From an uncultured bacterium (GTDB taxonomy: Bacteria; Zixibacteria; MSB-5A5; UBA10806): a stretch of DNA of 64,000 bases. Location of the stretch: positions 136,280-200,279 of the forward strand of contig CBEUCH010000002.1 in assembly GCA_965541585.1 (NCBI GenBank), in the 5' to 3' direction. This document shows positions 29,219 to 38,638 of the stretch, in pieces. The notes beneath the pieces were generated by a model. The model was not told the DNA's origin. It ran no database searches and saw only the letters and a program-made list of their open reading frames with translations. Position 1 is the stretch's first letter. Each line of letters opens with the position of its first letter. The translations under genes and the position numbers were made by a program.

Positions 29219-30063
29219 TTACCGGGATCGACAGCGTTTTCAAAGGTCGTCTTGGATTCACCAGCTTCGCTATAGGCGGATCGTTCGACGAGATGCAGAA
29301 GTTCGCCTCCCGCCACGGTTTCGGCCTGGTGCAGGTTGCTCTTGATGATGGCCGGTATTTTCCCGAGAGGATAAATCCCGACGAAAGGCGACGAATTTCG
29401 GAGAGTTACCGAAGCCGGGGTATCGGGTTATGTTTCCACGGGCCATCGGATATCCCGCTGATGAATCGCCATCGCAGCGTGCGTCTGGCAGGACTGGAGC
29501 GCTTGTATGAAATGCTCGATATGGCGATTGATATGGGGGGTGAATATTTTGTATTCCATCCGGGGCGGCTGGCCTTCTATTCGATTTCCTCGCACCGGGT
29601 TATTTTCATGGAGCAGAAAATACCGGGAAGGCATATCGAGTTATTTTCGGATTCAGTTATCCGGCTTCTGGATTACGCCGGGGACCGCATAAAATTATGT
29701 ATCGAAAACACCCATACCTTACCGCAGCAATTCCTCGACACCATCGCGCGGATGGCTATGGAGAACGGGCTGAATCTCGTCTGGGACGTCGGGCATACGG
29801 AGCTTGCGCCGCCGGCCGAAAGGGAAAAGACCATAAAATTCTTTGAGGAAAATATCCGGAGGGTGAAGCTCGGCCACTTGCACGATGTTTCCAACGGCGC
29901 TGTTCACAAGGCCCTGGGAACCGGCAAGGTTAACGTTGCCGGTTATCTCGAAATCTTTGATACTATCGGGGCCGACGTGATACTCGAAGTGTTTCCGGAA
30001 TCCGAGCTTTTGAAATCGATGGAATATATCAAGAATCTGGAAACAGTTCATAGACCGAAATAG
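29215..30063 (+). CDS. Sugar phosphate isomerase/epimerase / AP-endonuclease-2 TIM-barrel protein
   Basis: FHGP, VFHPG, IENT, WDVGH, HLHD..H..LG.G and ILEV motifs. The reading frame extends to a CTG at 29215 (the ORF track uses ATG 29293). Confidence 0.8.
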   Translation: MITGIDSVFKGRLGFTSFAIGGSFDEMQKFASRHGFGLVQVALDDGRYFPERINPDERRRISESYRSRGIGLCFHGPSDIPLMNRHRSVRLAGLERLYEMLDMAIDMGGEYFVFHPGRLAFYSISSHRVIFMEQKIPGRHIELFSDSVIRLLDYAGDRIKLCIENTHTLPQQFLDTIARMAMENGLNLVWDVGHTELAPPAEREKTIKFFEENIRRVKLGHLHDVSNGAVHKALGTGKVNVAGYLEIFDTIGADVILEVFPESELLKSMEYIKNLETVHRPK

Positions 30064-30074
30064 GACAGGTCGGA

Positions 30075-31004
30075 ATGAAATGGATTAAGCCTCCTGTTCT
30101 ATTTCTCATAGTTGCAATAATCCTCATCGTCGCTGGTATCGCCAACGCTGATCCAAAATGCGATCTTTGCAGCAAAACTATTACCGGCAGCTATACTCAT
30201 TATCCCGATATCGGGATTAACGTGTGCTCGCAGTGTGAGCAGACCAGGCCAAGATGCGATAATTGCCGGCGGCCGGTGAACAAACCTCTGCGGGTGGGCC
30301 TGGCCCGGCTATGCGAGAGATGTGCCGCCAGTGTTGAACGATGTAATTCATGCAGTACCGCTCTTCTGAGCGATTATCACTATTTCGAGGGAAATGAGGC
30401 CTTAAAATATTGCTCTGAGTGTGTGGCAAGGTATCCGATCTGTTCCAACTGCGGAGCGCCGTCCGGTTCGCGCGGGACGAAGCTCGATGATGGGCGATAT
30501 CTATGCCCAGATTGCCGTAGAGTGGCGTTGTTCCAGCCCGGCCTGGTGACCCCCATCAAAAAAAAGGTGCTCTCTTACCTCGATAGCGGGATGGGGATAA
30601 GAATAAAACATGATATCAAATATTCCCTGCAGGATAAGGATTTTCTGAAAACAAAATCGAAGGATATGCACGGTGATCTCAATGCCCTTTTTTACCGCAA
30701 GGGCGACGACTATAACATATATGTGCTTTATGGTTTGAGGAAGAAGGACCTGATAGGCGCGATCGCTCATGAGATCACTCATGCCTGGCAGGCCGAGAAC
30801 TGCGAAAACGATCTGCAGCTTGAGGATCTCGAGGGATTCGCGCAATGGGCAGCCTATCATACTCTATTATATTTCGACTATGAACAATTGGCAAAGAACA
30901 TGCGATCGGGAAGCAGCACTTATGCAAACGGTCTACGCAAAATGCTTGAAATCGAGAAGCATGGCGGTTCGAACGCGGTGTTCGTTTATATTAAATCTAA
31001 ATAG
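30075..31004 (+). CDS. Secreted LIM-like zinc-finger plus DA1-like zincin metallopeptidase
   Basis: Signal peptide, eight CxxC pairs, AIAHEITHAWQ (HExxH), LEGFAQWAAY and Y..GLRKM. Confidence 0.8.
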   Translation: MKWIKPPVLFLIVAIILIVAGIANADPKCDLCSKTITGSYTHYPDIGINVCSQCEQTRPRCDNCRRPVNKPLRVGLARLCERCAASVERCNSCSTALLSDYHYFEGNEALKYCSECVARYPICSNCGAPSGSRGTKLDDGRYLCPDCRRVALFQPGLVTPIKKKVLSYLDSGMGIRIKHDIKYSLQDKDFLKTKSKDMHGDLNALFYRKGDDYNIYVLYGLRKKDLIGAIAHEITHAWQAENCENDLQLEDLEGFAQWAAYHTLLYFDYEQLAKNMRSGSSTYANGLRKMLEIEKHGGSNAVFVYIKSK

Positions 31005-31108
31005 ATTTACTTTGTAAGCGAAGAAATAAAGAAACAGCTATGAAAAATGTAAAATAGTAAACGAGGCTGATAAATAATCCACAAAACTACAAGTATTACA
31101 AGTTATTA

Positions 31109-31629
31109 CTAAATAGTAACTAGAGGTTGCGAAGAAACGCTAGATTGCTTTTTGCCGGAAGAACCCGATTCAATCTCAAATATTTCAGCTTCCTCAATGT
31201 CCTTTGTAAAATCAAAGCACAAGTTAATGGGCTCATTTTTGTTGTAATTATCATTGTAACTATCTATATCCGTTTTTAGCAAGCAACAATCACCTACAAC
31301 TTCCCTTCTGCGCTGCTGAAAAGAAACCTTCATGTGATTATGATTGGCTGTATCAATATCACCCATAACCATAACGTATGGCCGTTCTTTTCTTGTCTTA
31401 TTGCATGATATTTACGAATCCTTCGCCCCTGTGGATCGGTAATACGCTCTTCACGTAATGCACGAGATAAAAGCTCTCTACATTGTCTTCTAATTTCAGC
31501 CTGTTGGGGAGCCCATTTTTTTTCACGAATAGCCCAAAGAGCAACCTCATCCAAATCGACTACATCCACACCATATTTGCGCTTATAGTCATTGATGATG
31601 CGTAGGGCCTGCTTTTTCAATGTCGCCAT
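31109..31629 (-). pseudogene. Frameshifted conserved hypothetical gene (third gene of the higBA module)
   Basis: ORFs 31330..31629 and 31109..31372 join into one protein (...ITDPQGRRIRKYHA...HTLWLW-GDIDTA...SFQQRR..VGDC..LKTDIDSYND...FDFTKDI) if one G is added to the GGG run near 31362-31364. Confidence 0.75.
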
Positions 31630-31641
31630 TTCCGTAATTCC

Positions 31642-32778
31642 TTATAGTAAAACTGTTCTGCTCCAGCCATCAGTTAGGGTGGAGACGGTTATAATATTTC
31701 TTATTTTTACTAACATTGGTCTAAAATGCGAATAGGGAATAGTCCCACGACGATGTAGTTGTCCAACTATTATACCTGGATGAATCCCAATCCGGCGTGC
31801 AAAACCCATAATGTCTTTCTTAGAAAACATACTGTCATGCCGCTTTATAAAATGATGCAATTCGCCTTGATCCACAAGAAACTTTATAGCGAACCGGTCT
31901 GCTTGTTTTTCTTGGGGCGGTTTCTGATCATCGGGTTGGGCATCGTCTCCCACTATTTTTGTTTCCAATAGAGGTGATTTTTCTAGTTCGTTTTGTTTCA
32001 AATGGCTCAATTCATGACAAAGAGTGTGCCAGAACCAATCGATGCGGTCATAACGCAAGGAAAGAACTACTACCGGGGAGTATTTATTAAGCCAAAAACA
32101 AGCACCATCAATCTTTGTCTTTGGTAGATGTTCAACTATTAAAAATCGAATACCATATTTCATAAGAAGTCTCGGTATTTCGTAAACACTTTCTGGTTCT
32201 AGGCGAAGTACACCTAACTCCCGCATCATTGAATCGAAATTACGACTTGAGTACCTATTTCTTACCTTCAAAGTTTGTGATAATTTCTTAGCCCTCATTA
32301 ACCATGACAGTTGCGAAGCGCTTGGCTTTTCACGATAATCAGTAGATTTTCTTGCCGCATGAGTAAATTGAACTTCATCATTGATGTCGGAAACCTCTAA
32401 GAACTGACAAACTTGTGCCTCCAAAACATCTACGTTGGTTGACCCTTCGAGCCAACCGCGCTTTTGCATTTCTCTTATTGGGGCTTTCTCGAATAACTTT
32501 GCTCGCCTAATTACCGCATCGTCCTTTTTAACTGAAATAGCTAATCTATATGCGGCCTGTAAATTCAACCACACCTGAGGCCCCGTGCCAAATGCATCAC
32601 CAAGTGCTTTTGCCATCTCCGGTGAGATTGACCGTCTCCCATTAAGAACATCACTGATTTCGTTACGCTTGTATCCCAGGATTTCTGCTAAATCACTTGA
32701 TGACCATCCTCGCTCATCTGCTTCTTCGCGAACATACTCACCGGGATGGAAAGCTTCGGGAACTATTCTCTTTTCCAT
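31642..32778 (-). CDS. higA: HigA-family HTH antitoxin fused to ImmA/IrrE (peptidase M78) domain
   Basis: FHPGEYVREE...WLNLQAAY HTH; KIDGA, LSLRYDRIDWFWHTLCHELSH (HExxH), EKQADRFA and IHPGIIVGQL. Confidence 0.9.
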   Translation of the reverse strand: MEKRIVPEAFHPGEYVREEADERGWSSSDLAEILGYKRNEISDVLNGRRSISPEMAKALGDAFGTGPQVWLNLQAAYRLAISVKKDDAVIRRAKLFEKAPIREMQKRGWLEGSTNVDVLEAQVCQFLEVSDINDEVQFTHAARKSTDYREKPSASQLSWLMRAKKLSQTLKVRNRYSSRNFDSMMRELGVLRLEPESVYEIPRLLMKYGIRFLIVEHLPKTKIDGACFWLNKYSPVVVLSLRYDRIDWFWHTLCHELSHLKQNELEKSPLLETKIVGDDAQPDDQKPPQEKQADRFAIKFLVDQGELHHFIKRHDSMFSKKDIMGFARRIGIHPGIIVGQLHRRGTIPYSHFRPMLVKIRNIITVSTLTDGWSRTVLL

Positions 32779-33074
32779 TAGTGATAATCCTCAATTTTAA
32801 AAATAACTACTTTTTCCTCTCCGCCTTGCTTTACAAACTGAAAGATTAAACGGAATTGGTCGTTTATTCTAATTGAGTGTTTATTTTTCATTTTTCCTTT
32901 CAACTTTTCCAGTCGTAATGCCTTAAATGCATACAGTACCTGCCTGTTCGGTGCCTGCTTTATTTGATTTATTCGTTTCCGAAACGATCTTGTCAAGATA
33001 GGTGACCACTTAGCCGTGTAAGCAGGATCGAACGCTAATTTTTCAAGGTCCGAATCATGAAATTCAACAACCAT
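32778..33074 (-). CDS. higB: HigB/RelE-family toxin (plasmid maintenance killer)
   Basis: LRLEKLKG, HSIRINDQFRLIF and C-terminal EDYH. Upstream of and coupled (TAATG) to the HigA gene. Confidence 0.9.
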   Translation of the reverse strand: MVVEFHDSDLEKLAFDPAYTAKWSPILTRSFRKRINQIKQAPNRQVLYAFKALRLEKLKGKMKNKHSIRINDQFRLIFQFVKQGGEEKVVIFKIEDYH

Positions 33075-33082
33075 CCTTGCCT

Positions 33083-33111
33083 ATTATAATTATTAATATC
33101 GGATTTGTCAA
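33083..33111 (-). promoter_or_regulatory. Consensus sigma70 promoter of the higB-higA operon
   Basis: Minus strand TTGACA (33111-33106)-N17-TATAAT (33088-33083), 8 nt before the higB ATG. Confidence 0.8.
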
Positions 33112-33339
33112 TATATAAATTTAAAAATATTGTAAATTGATAAATAAAAAATGTTAACCCTTTCAACTGCATAAGGTTAAGCTTTTACCTTACAGCTATA
33201 GCATGGGCCAAATGTTAAGAATATTAGGCAACATATATTAAATAGGCTTACTACACATCTTGCCTGTTGCGTTTGATGATCGGTTTCCTGATATTGGCAG
33301 GGATTGAAATAGTGAATCCTCCTGAAAATGCTCGAGGAG

Positions 33340-34116
33340 ATGATAATGACTGAAACTAAGCACGAACATCTCGATCTTTTAGCTTTCGGCGCTCATCCCG
33401 ATGATGTGGAGGTCGGTTGCGCGGGGCTTTTAATAAAGCTGAACAAACGCGGTTATAAAACCGGACTGGTCATTCTCACCGAGGGCGAGATGGGCACCGG
33501 CGGCACGAGGGAGCTTCGCAAAAAAGAGGCGGCAGACGCCGCAACGATCATGAAATCGAAAGTGGTTGCCCATCTTAACCTGGGAGACTGCAAACTCGAG
33601 GACAATTACGATACCCGTTTGATAGCCGTCGAATATATCAGGCGGTACAGGCCATCTATTGTGCTGGCGCCATGGTGGAAAGGCGGCCATGGCAAACGGC
33701 AGTCGCATCCCGATCACCTGTCCTGCGGTCGGATAGTGGTCAATGCCGTCAATTACGCCACCTTCAAGAAGATCCCCATCGATCTGCCGCCGCATCGGGT
33801 CAAGGCTCTCTTCCATTATTTCCTGCCGCCGGATGTGCCGCCGACTTTTGTAGTGGATATCACAGACGAATTCGACCAGTGGATGAAGGCGCTCTCTGCT
33901 CACCGCTCGCAGTTCCTTAACCCGGAAAAAGAGAGAGATTATCTCTGGGCGCTGGAATCCATGGCGAGAACCTACGGCAATTTGATCGGCGCCAAATACG
34001 GGCAGGGATATGGCATCGGCGAGCCATTAAAAATCGAGGACCCGTTTTGTTTAGTGGGTAGATGCAGCCGCATACCGGAAATGCTGATAGAAAAGAAAGC
34101 AAGCGATGAGGAATGA
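33340..34116 (+). CDS. bshB1: Bacillithiol biosynthesis deacetylase (PIG-L family)
   Basis: LDLLAFGAHPDDVE, LTEGEMGTGGT..R..EA, HPDH, PTFVVDIT and AHRSQF. Start could be 33340 or 33346. Confidence 0.8.
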   Translation: MIMTETKHEHLDLLAFGAHPDDVEVGCAGLLIKLNKRGYKTGLVILTEGEMGTGGTRELRKKEAADAATIMKSKVVAHLNLGDCKLEDNYDTRLIAVEYIRRYRPSIVLAPWWKGGHGKRQSHPDHLSCGRIVVNAVNYATFKKIPIDLPPHRVKALFHYFLPPDVPPTFVVDITDEFDQWMKALSAHRSQFLNPEKERDYLWALESMARTYGNLIGAKYGQGYGIGEPLKIEDPFCLVGRCSRIPEMLIEKKASDEE

Positions 34117-34193
34117 ATTGACAGAGGCGTCAGGCTGTTACGGTCTGACCTGGGCGGGATATAATCTCAGTCCCGAAAGGTGGGAAAGAGGCG

Positions 34194-34394
34194 TCAATTT
34201 CCCAGGGGGCACATTCCGGAAAACGTAATTAGCGCGCCGATAATCGGAATAATCAATGCAACTATAAATACCCATATCGCCAGGATCTCGCCGAATCTGC
34301 GTTTGGCTCCTGTAGCCTTAGCGGAAGAAACGGAGACAATATACCCTATGGCTAAGAAAAGAGTGGCGGGGACGATACTCAAGATCAAACACAT
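34194..34394 (-). CDS. Small two-TM membrane protein
   Basis: 66 aa, two hydrophobic helices separated by KATGAKRRFG, with a perfect AAGGAGG RBS upstream. Confidence 0.65.
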   Translation of the reverse strand: MCLILSIVPATLFLAIGYIVSVSSAKATGAKRRFGEILAIWVFIVALIIPIIGALITFSGMCPLGN

Positions 34395-34641
34395 TTAAGG
34401 CCTCCTTATTTCTCGGAGGATAGGACATGGGAAGCGGGTCTGTCAAATCTATTGACATACCTCGCAATAGGTCACTGATTTTAAATTCCTTCGGATACTC
34501 TTAGTTTTTGAGAATTAAGGATTTTATTTCTCTGGAATCGTCTACCGGTATTTATTAACTTAACCTCTATGGAATCCCGGGGTCTAATACTGTGGTTAAG
34601 TATGCCGGGAATGGTCGCAAATAATTGATGGAGAAATTCTG

Positions 34642-35904
34642 ATGAAGAAGATATTCACAGTAATCGTAATCATCGTTGTGGTGGCGATAGCCTACAACCT
34701 CTGGTGGCCCTCGGATTCCGCCGAAAACGGCAGCAACGGCGCCACTCGGACATCGACATCAGTCATAAAAAAGGGCAATCTGACCATTGCAGTTAACTCC
34801 ACCGGCGTAGTGGAGCCGATCCTGACGGTCGATTTGAAATCGAAAGCCTCCGGCGAGATAATCGAGCTTCCCATAGAGGAAGGGGATATAGTCGAGGAGG
34901 GCCGGCTCATCGCCAGGCTCGATGCCACCACCACGAAGAACGCTTACGACCAGGCGGTTGCTGATCTGGAGGTTGCCAGGTCGAGCCTGTCTCTCGCTAT
35001 AAAAGAGACGAAAAGGCAGCAGGAGCTTTACGATCAGGGATTGATCTCCGAGCTCGAATATGAAAACGCTCTACTAGAGAAAGAGAGAGCCAATTCCAGC
35101 CTGGTAAAGGCCGAGGTCAACCTCGAGGATTCCAGGGAAAGGCTTTCGGATACGGTCATTAAATCGCCTATCGACGGTATCGTTTTGAAGAAATATGTGG
35201 AGAACGGTCAGATTATCGCCTCCGGTATCTCGGAGGTCTCGGGCGGCTCCATCATAGCCACCGTGGCCGACCTCTCCCGGGCCTATATCAAGACGGCGGT
35301 GGACGAGGTCGATATCGGGCAAATCACACCGGGTCAGAAGGCGACCATCATAGCGGAGAGCTATCCCGACCGGGAGTTCCTGGGCGAGGTGCAGCGAATT
35401 CATCCGCTGGCACGTGAAGAGCAGAATGTAACCACCTTCGACGTTACCATAGAGGTCGATAACTCCGAGAGGCTACTTATGGCTGGCATGAATGCCAGCG
35501 TGGAGATAATTGCGGGTTTCAGAGAGAATGTCCTTTTGGTTCCACGGGAGGCGCTGACCGATATTCGGAGTTTATCGCGGATGATGGGCGGGCCGCCGGG
35601 AGGTTCCAACCGTGAGGGCATGATGCGAATGGCCGGCGGCGGTAGCAGAGGGCATCGCCCCGACGGTGATAGCAAAAAAGGAAATCCCACCAAAATGGTG
35701 ATTGTGACCAACGGCGGCCAGCAGGAGCCCCGCCAGATTGAGATCGGCATGTCTAATTTCGAGATGGCGGAGGCGCTCTCCGGGTTGTCTGAGGGCGATA
35801 CTGTTCTGACAACTATCACATCGAAGGCGCTGCTCGACCGCGAGGCGTTTATGGAGCGTATGCGACGCTGGAGCCGTATCCCCGGCATGGAAAAGAAAAA
35901 ATGA
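34642..35904 (+). CDS. Efflux RND/MacA-type periplasmic adaptor subunit
   Basis: N-terminal anchor, VDLKSKASGEI, IKSPIDGIV, VDEVDIGQI, L.AGMNA..I and VLLVPREAL. Confidence 0.92.
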   Translation: MKKIFTVIVIIVVVAIAYNLWWPSDSAENGSNGATRTSTSVIKKGNLTIAVNSTGVVEPILTVDLKSKASGEIIELPIEEGDIVEEGRLIARLDATTTKNAYDQAVADLEVARSSLSLAIKETKRQQELYDQGLISELEYENALLEKERANSSLVKAEVNLEDSRERLSDTVIKSPIDGIVLKKYVENGQIIASGISEVSGGSIIATVADLSRAYIKTAVDEVDIGQITPGQKATIIAESYPDREFLGEVQRIHPLAREEQNVTTFDVTIEVDNSERLLMAGMNASVEIIAGFRENVLLVPREALTDIRSLSRMMGGPPGGSNREGMMRMAGGGSRGHRPDGDSKKGNPTKMVIVTNGGQQEPRQIEIGMSNFEMAEALSGLSEGDTVLTTITSKALLDREAFMERMRRWSRIPGMEKKK

Positions 35905-37118
35905 AATGGCGTGAGTTCTTCAGTGTCAGCATGGCTTCATTGCATGCCAACAAGGTGCGCTCGCTTCTGACCATGTTAGGTATCATAATCGGCGTGGGTG
36001 CGGTTATCGTGATGATATCACTCGGCCAGGGGGCCAAGAAGGCAGTGGCCGATAGACTGGAGGCCCTGGGAACCAACCTATTATATATCCGTTCCGGCGC
36101 CCCGCACACGAGGCGGGTCAGAGGCGCAGCCGGCACTTCACAGCGTCTCGACGAGCGCGACCTGCGGCGGCTCAGGGCGGAAACGATGGCCGTGGATAAT
36201 ATCATCCCCGAGATCCGCGGCGGCAAGCAAGTCATATATGGCAATAAAAATTGGAACACCACCGTAATCGGCACCGGCCCGGAGTATCTGGAGCTTCGCA
36301 GCTACACTCTGGCCGACGGCGATAACTTTACCGAACGCGATGTTAATTCCATCAAGCGGGTGGCGATTGTGGGGCCGAAGGTGGTGGAAAATGTATTTGA
36401 AAATATCAATCCCATCGGCCAGACCATCCGTATCGGCAGGATTCGTTTCGAGGTCATCGGTATGACCGAATCCAAGGGCGTATCCGGCGGCTGGCTCGAT
36501 TTCGACGATGTAATATTGATACCGTATACCACGGCGCAGAAACGGGTTTTCGGATTGACACACTTAGACCGCCTGATCGCCCGGCTCAAGGATGAATCCC
36601 TGATAACCAACGCTTATTTCGAGATCGAGAAGATCCTGCGCAAATCGCACAAGCTCCGCCCCGACCAGGAGAACGACTTTTTTATTCAGTCGCAGTCGGA
36701 TTACGCCGCCGCCCGGCAGGAGACCACCGAGACCATGACCTATCTGTTGGCCGGTGTGGCATTGGTTTCGCTTTTAGTCGGCGGGATCGGGATTATGAAT
36801 ATCATGCTGGTCTCCGTCACCGAGCGGACCAAGGAGATCGGCGTTCGCATGGCGGTGGGGGCGCGCCGTCGTGACATACTGATTCAGTTCATCATGGAAT
36901 CGGTAACCCTGGCGCTTTTCGGCGGCCTGATCGGCATCCTTACAGGCGTGGGCGGTTCTTTCGGCCTGACCGAGTTTTTCGGCTGGAGCACGTTTATTCC
37001 GGCGCCGGCAGTGGGGATGTCGTTTGCATTCGCCTTCGCCGTGGGCCTGTTCTTCGGCATCTACCCCGCACGCAAAGCCTCGCTCTTAGATCCGATAGAG
37101 GCGTTGAGGTGGGAGTAG
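35901..37118 (+). CDS. MacB-family ABC transporter permease (no fused ATPase)
   Basis: RSLLTMLGIIIGV, VGGIGIMNIMLVSVTERTKEIGVRMAVGA and FFGIYPARKAS.LDPIEALR; ATGA overlap with the adaptor gene. Confidence 0.93.
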   Translation: MKWREFFSVSMASLHANKVRSLLTMLGIIIGVGAVIVMISLGQGAKKAVADRLEALGTNLLYIRSGAPHTRRVRGAAGTSQRLDERDLRRLRAETMAVDNIIPEIRGGKQVIYGNKNWNTTVIGTGPEYLELRSYTLADGDNFTERDVNSIKRVAIVGPKVVENVFENINPIGQTIRIGRIRFEVIGMTESKGVSGGWLDFDDVILIPYTTAQKRVFGLTHLDRLIARLKDESLITNAYFEIEKILRKSHKLRPDQENDFFIQSQSDYAAARQETTETMTYLLAGVALVSLLVGGIGIMNIMLVSVTERTKEIGVRMAVGARRRDILIQFIMESVTLALFGGLIGILTGVGGSFGLTEFFGWSTFIPAPAVGMSFAFAFAVGLFFGIYPARKASLLDPIEALRWE

Positions 37119-37179
37119 GGCGAGATTAGATTTCATTCTATAAAGGATATTTTAGATATTCAGGTAAGGGGGAAATATA

Positions 37180-38109
37180 ATGCGTTATATGGTTGAACTT
37201 GGGTTGACGAGTCCAATTAGCAGGGAATGTGAGGACGTGCGAATAAAAAAAGACAATATAGAAGTCATATTCGATTTTAGGGGAGATAAAGGATATACTG
37301 GGGAGCCGAATATCAAGTTTATTGTAGCAGCTGTTGATTTCGATGAGGCAACTAAAAAATTAGACAAGTACGGTCTACCATACATAGAAAAGATAATGAT
37401 GGTTAATAGAATAAGATTAACTATTTCACAAATCCACTTCATTTTGGAAGGTGCCAAAGGACATATTGAAAGATCTTGCTTCGTGTCTAAATTGTGGCGT
37501 GGCGGCTCATCCTTTTATCATGAGCACTTTTCTCAACAAAGGATTGATGCTATAATTAATACAGAGTTCAAGAATCTTAATGAAAAGGCGCTTGGATATT
37601 TTAGATTCGCTATGTTTTCTACGACAGACATAGATCAATTCAGGAATCTAAGGCTTGCGCTAGAATCACTCATACCGAAAAGGGATGATCCAAAAGTTAG
37701 GAAATGTGAGAAATGCGCTGCAGACCTTTATTGTAAAAAATGCGCTCATGTCGTTAGTCATACTGGGGTTTTGGATGAAGATATAAGAGGCTTTTGGATT
37801 GATGAAATGCACGGAGATAAAAACCTAATTGATGAAATATTAAAATTACGGCATAAGGCTTTTCATGCTTCTCCTATATCAAGTATTTACAAACACAAAC
37901 TTCCCCATATCAATCATAAACTCGAAATTGGGCTCGGCTTCTATTTTTCGCAGGGCACGCAATTTGTACCTATGATGGCTGATCATGGAAGAAATTATTA
38001 TTCAAAATTGACTTTTGAAACGAGCTTTCCTGATCAAGAGTTTCCGGAGGATTTTCCAAAAGAGGATTACTGGAGAGAAAAAATACTCACCCCTCCAGAT
38101 GATGGATAG
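37180..38109 (+). CDS. AT-rich hypothetical protein with HEPN-like Rx4H motif and Zn-ribbon insert
   Basis: ALGYFRFAM...QF.NL.LALESL, CEKC..LYCKKC and LKLRHKAFH. Visibly more AT-rich than its flanks. Confidence 0.6.
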   Translation: MRYMVELGLTSPISRECEDVRIKKDNIEVIFDFRGDKGYTGEPNIKFIVAAVDFDEATKKLDKYGLPYIEKIMMVNRIRLTISQIHFILEGAKGHIERSCFVSKLWRGGSSFYHEHFSQQRIDAIINTEFKNLNEKALGYFRFAMFSTTDIDQFRNLRLALESLIPKRDDPKVRKCEKCAADLYCKKCAHVVSHTGVLDEDIRGFWIDEMHGDKNLIDEILKLRHKAFHASPISSIYKHKLPHINHKLEIGLGFYFSQGTQFVPMMADHGRNYYSKLTFETSFPDQEFPEDFPKEDYWREKILTPPDDG

Positions 38110-38190
38110 TATTTTAATTGCGATGTTAGGAATCCTTTCCTGACAGACCATCGTCTGGAAAGGGCTCCCGGCGGCGGGTGATAAATCACG

Positions 38191-38544
38191 TTAAAGTAAT
38201 GGCAATCCTTTGGTTGTTGTGAAATCTAATCCTAAGTGACTCGCATACCCAGCCGCAAAAACTCTAGTAGCCATCTTCAAATTGTCATTTACATTATCTT
38301 TCTTAAGAACGCGGCAAATTAAATGTCCACCACCTAATACGATAGCGTAACTGTGAAAAAATCGCCTATGATTGTATGAGGTTGCAGGTTCAATAATATC
38401 AGGTAGTGCTCCAGAAAATGCTCCTATAGCAACAGCGCCGAGGGTGCCAAGGACAGAGGGTTTGTTTCCTGTCTTCTTTCTGCTGGCTATATAGGTGTAG
38501 GTCCCGGCTGCTATTGAAGCCAAAATGTGAGAATTTCGATTCAT
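38191..38544 (-). CDS. YdjM/LexA-binding-type membrane metal-dependent hydrolase
   Basis: N-terminal H, GALPDI.E, HRRFFHS and GYASHLGLD..T..GLPL. Confidence 0.8.
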   Translation of the reverse strand: MNRNSHILASIAAGTYTYIASRKKTGNKPSVLGTLGAVAIGAFSGALPDIIEPATSYNHRRFFHSYAIVLGGGHLICRVLKKDNVNDNLKMATRVFAAGYASHLGLDFTTTKGLPLL

Positions 38545-38638
38545 AACGCCCCATTTCTTTCGTTACTTCAGTCAATATATTCTGGCATATTTTAGTTGCG
38601 GGAGAAGAAAGTGTCAACAAATAATTTTATTCTAAGAA

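Noticed and set aside
38110-38150. attC site after the HEPN-like gene (GTTAGGA...TCCTGAC)
   Set aside because: Only a 20-nt hairpin with the core sites in the wrong order and no L boxes.
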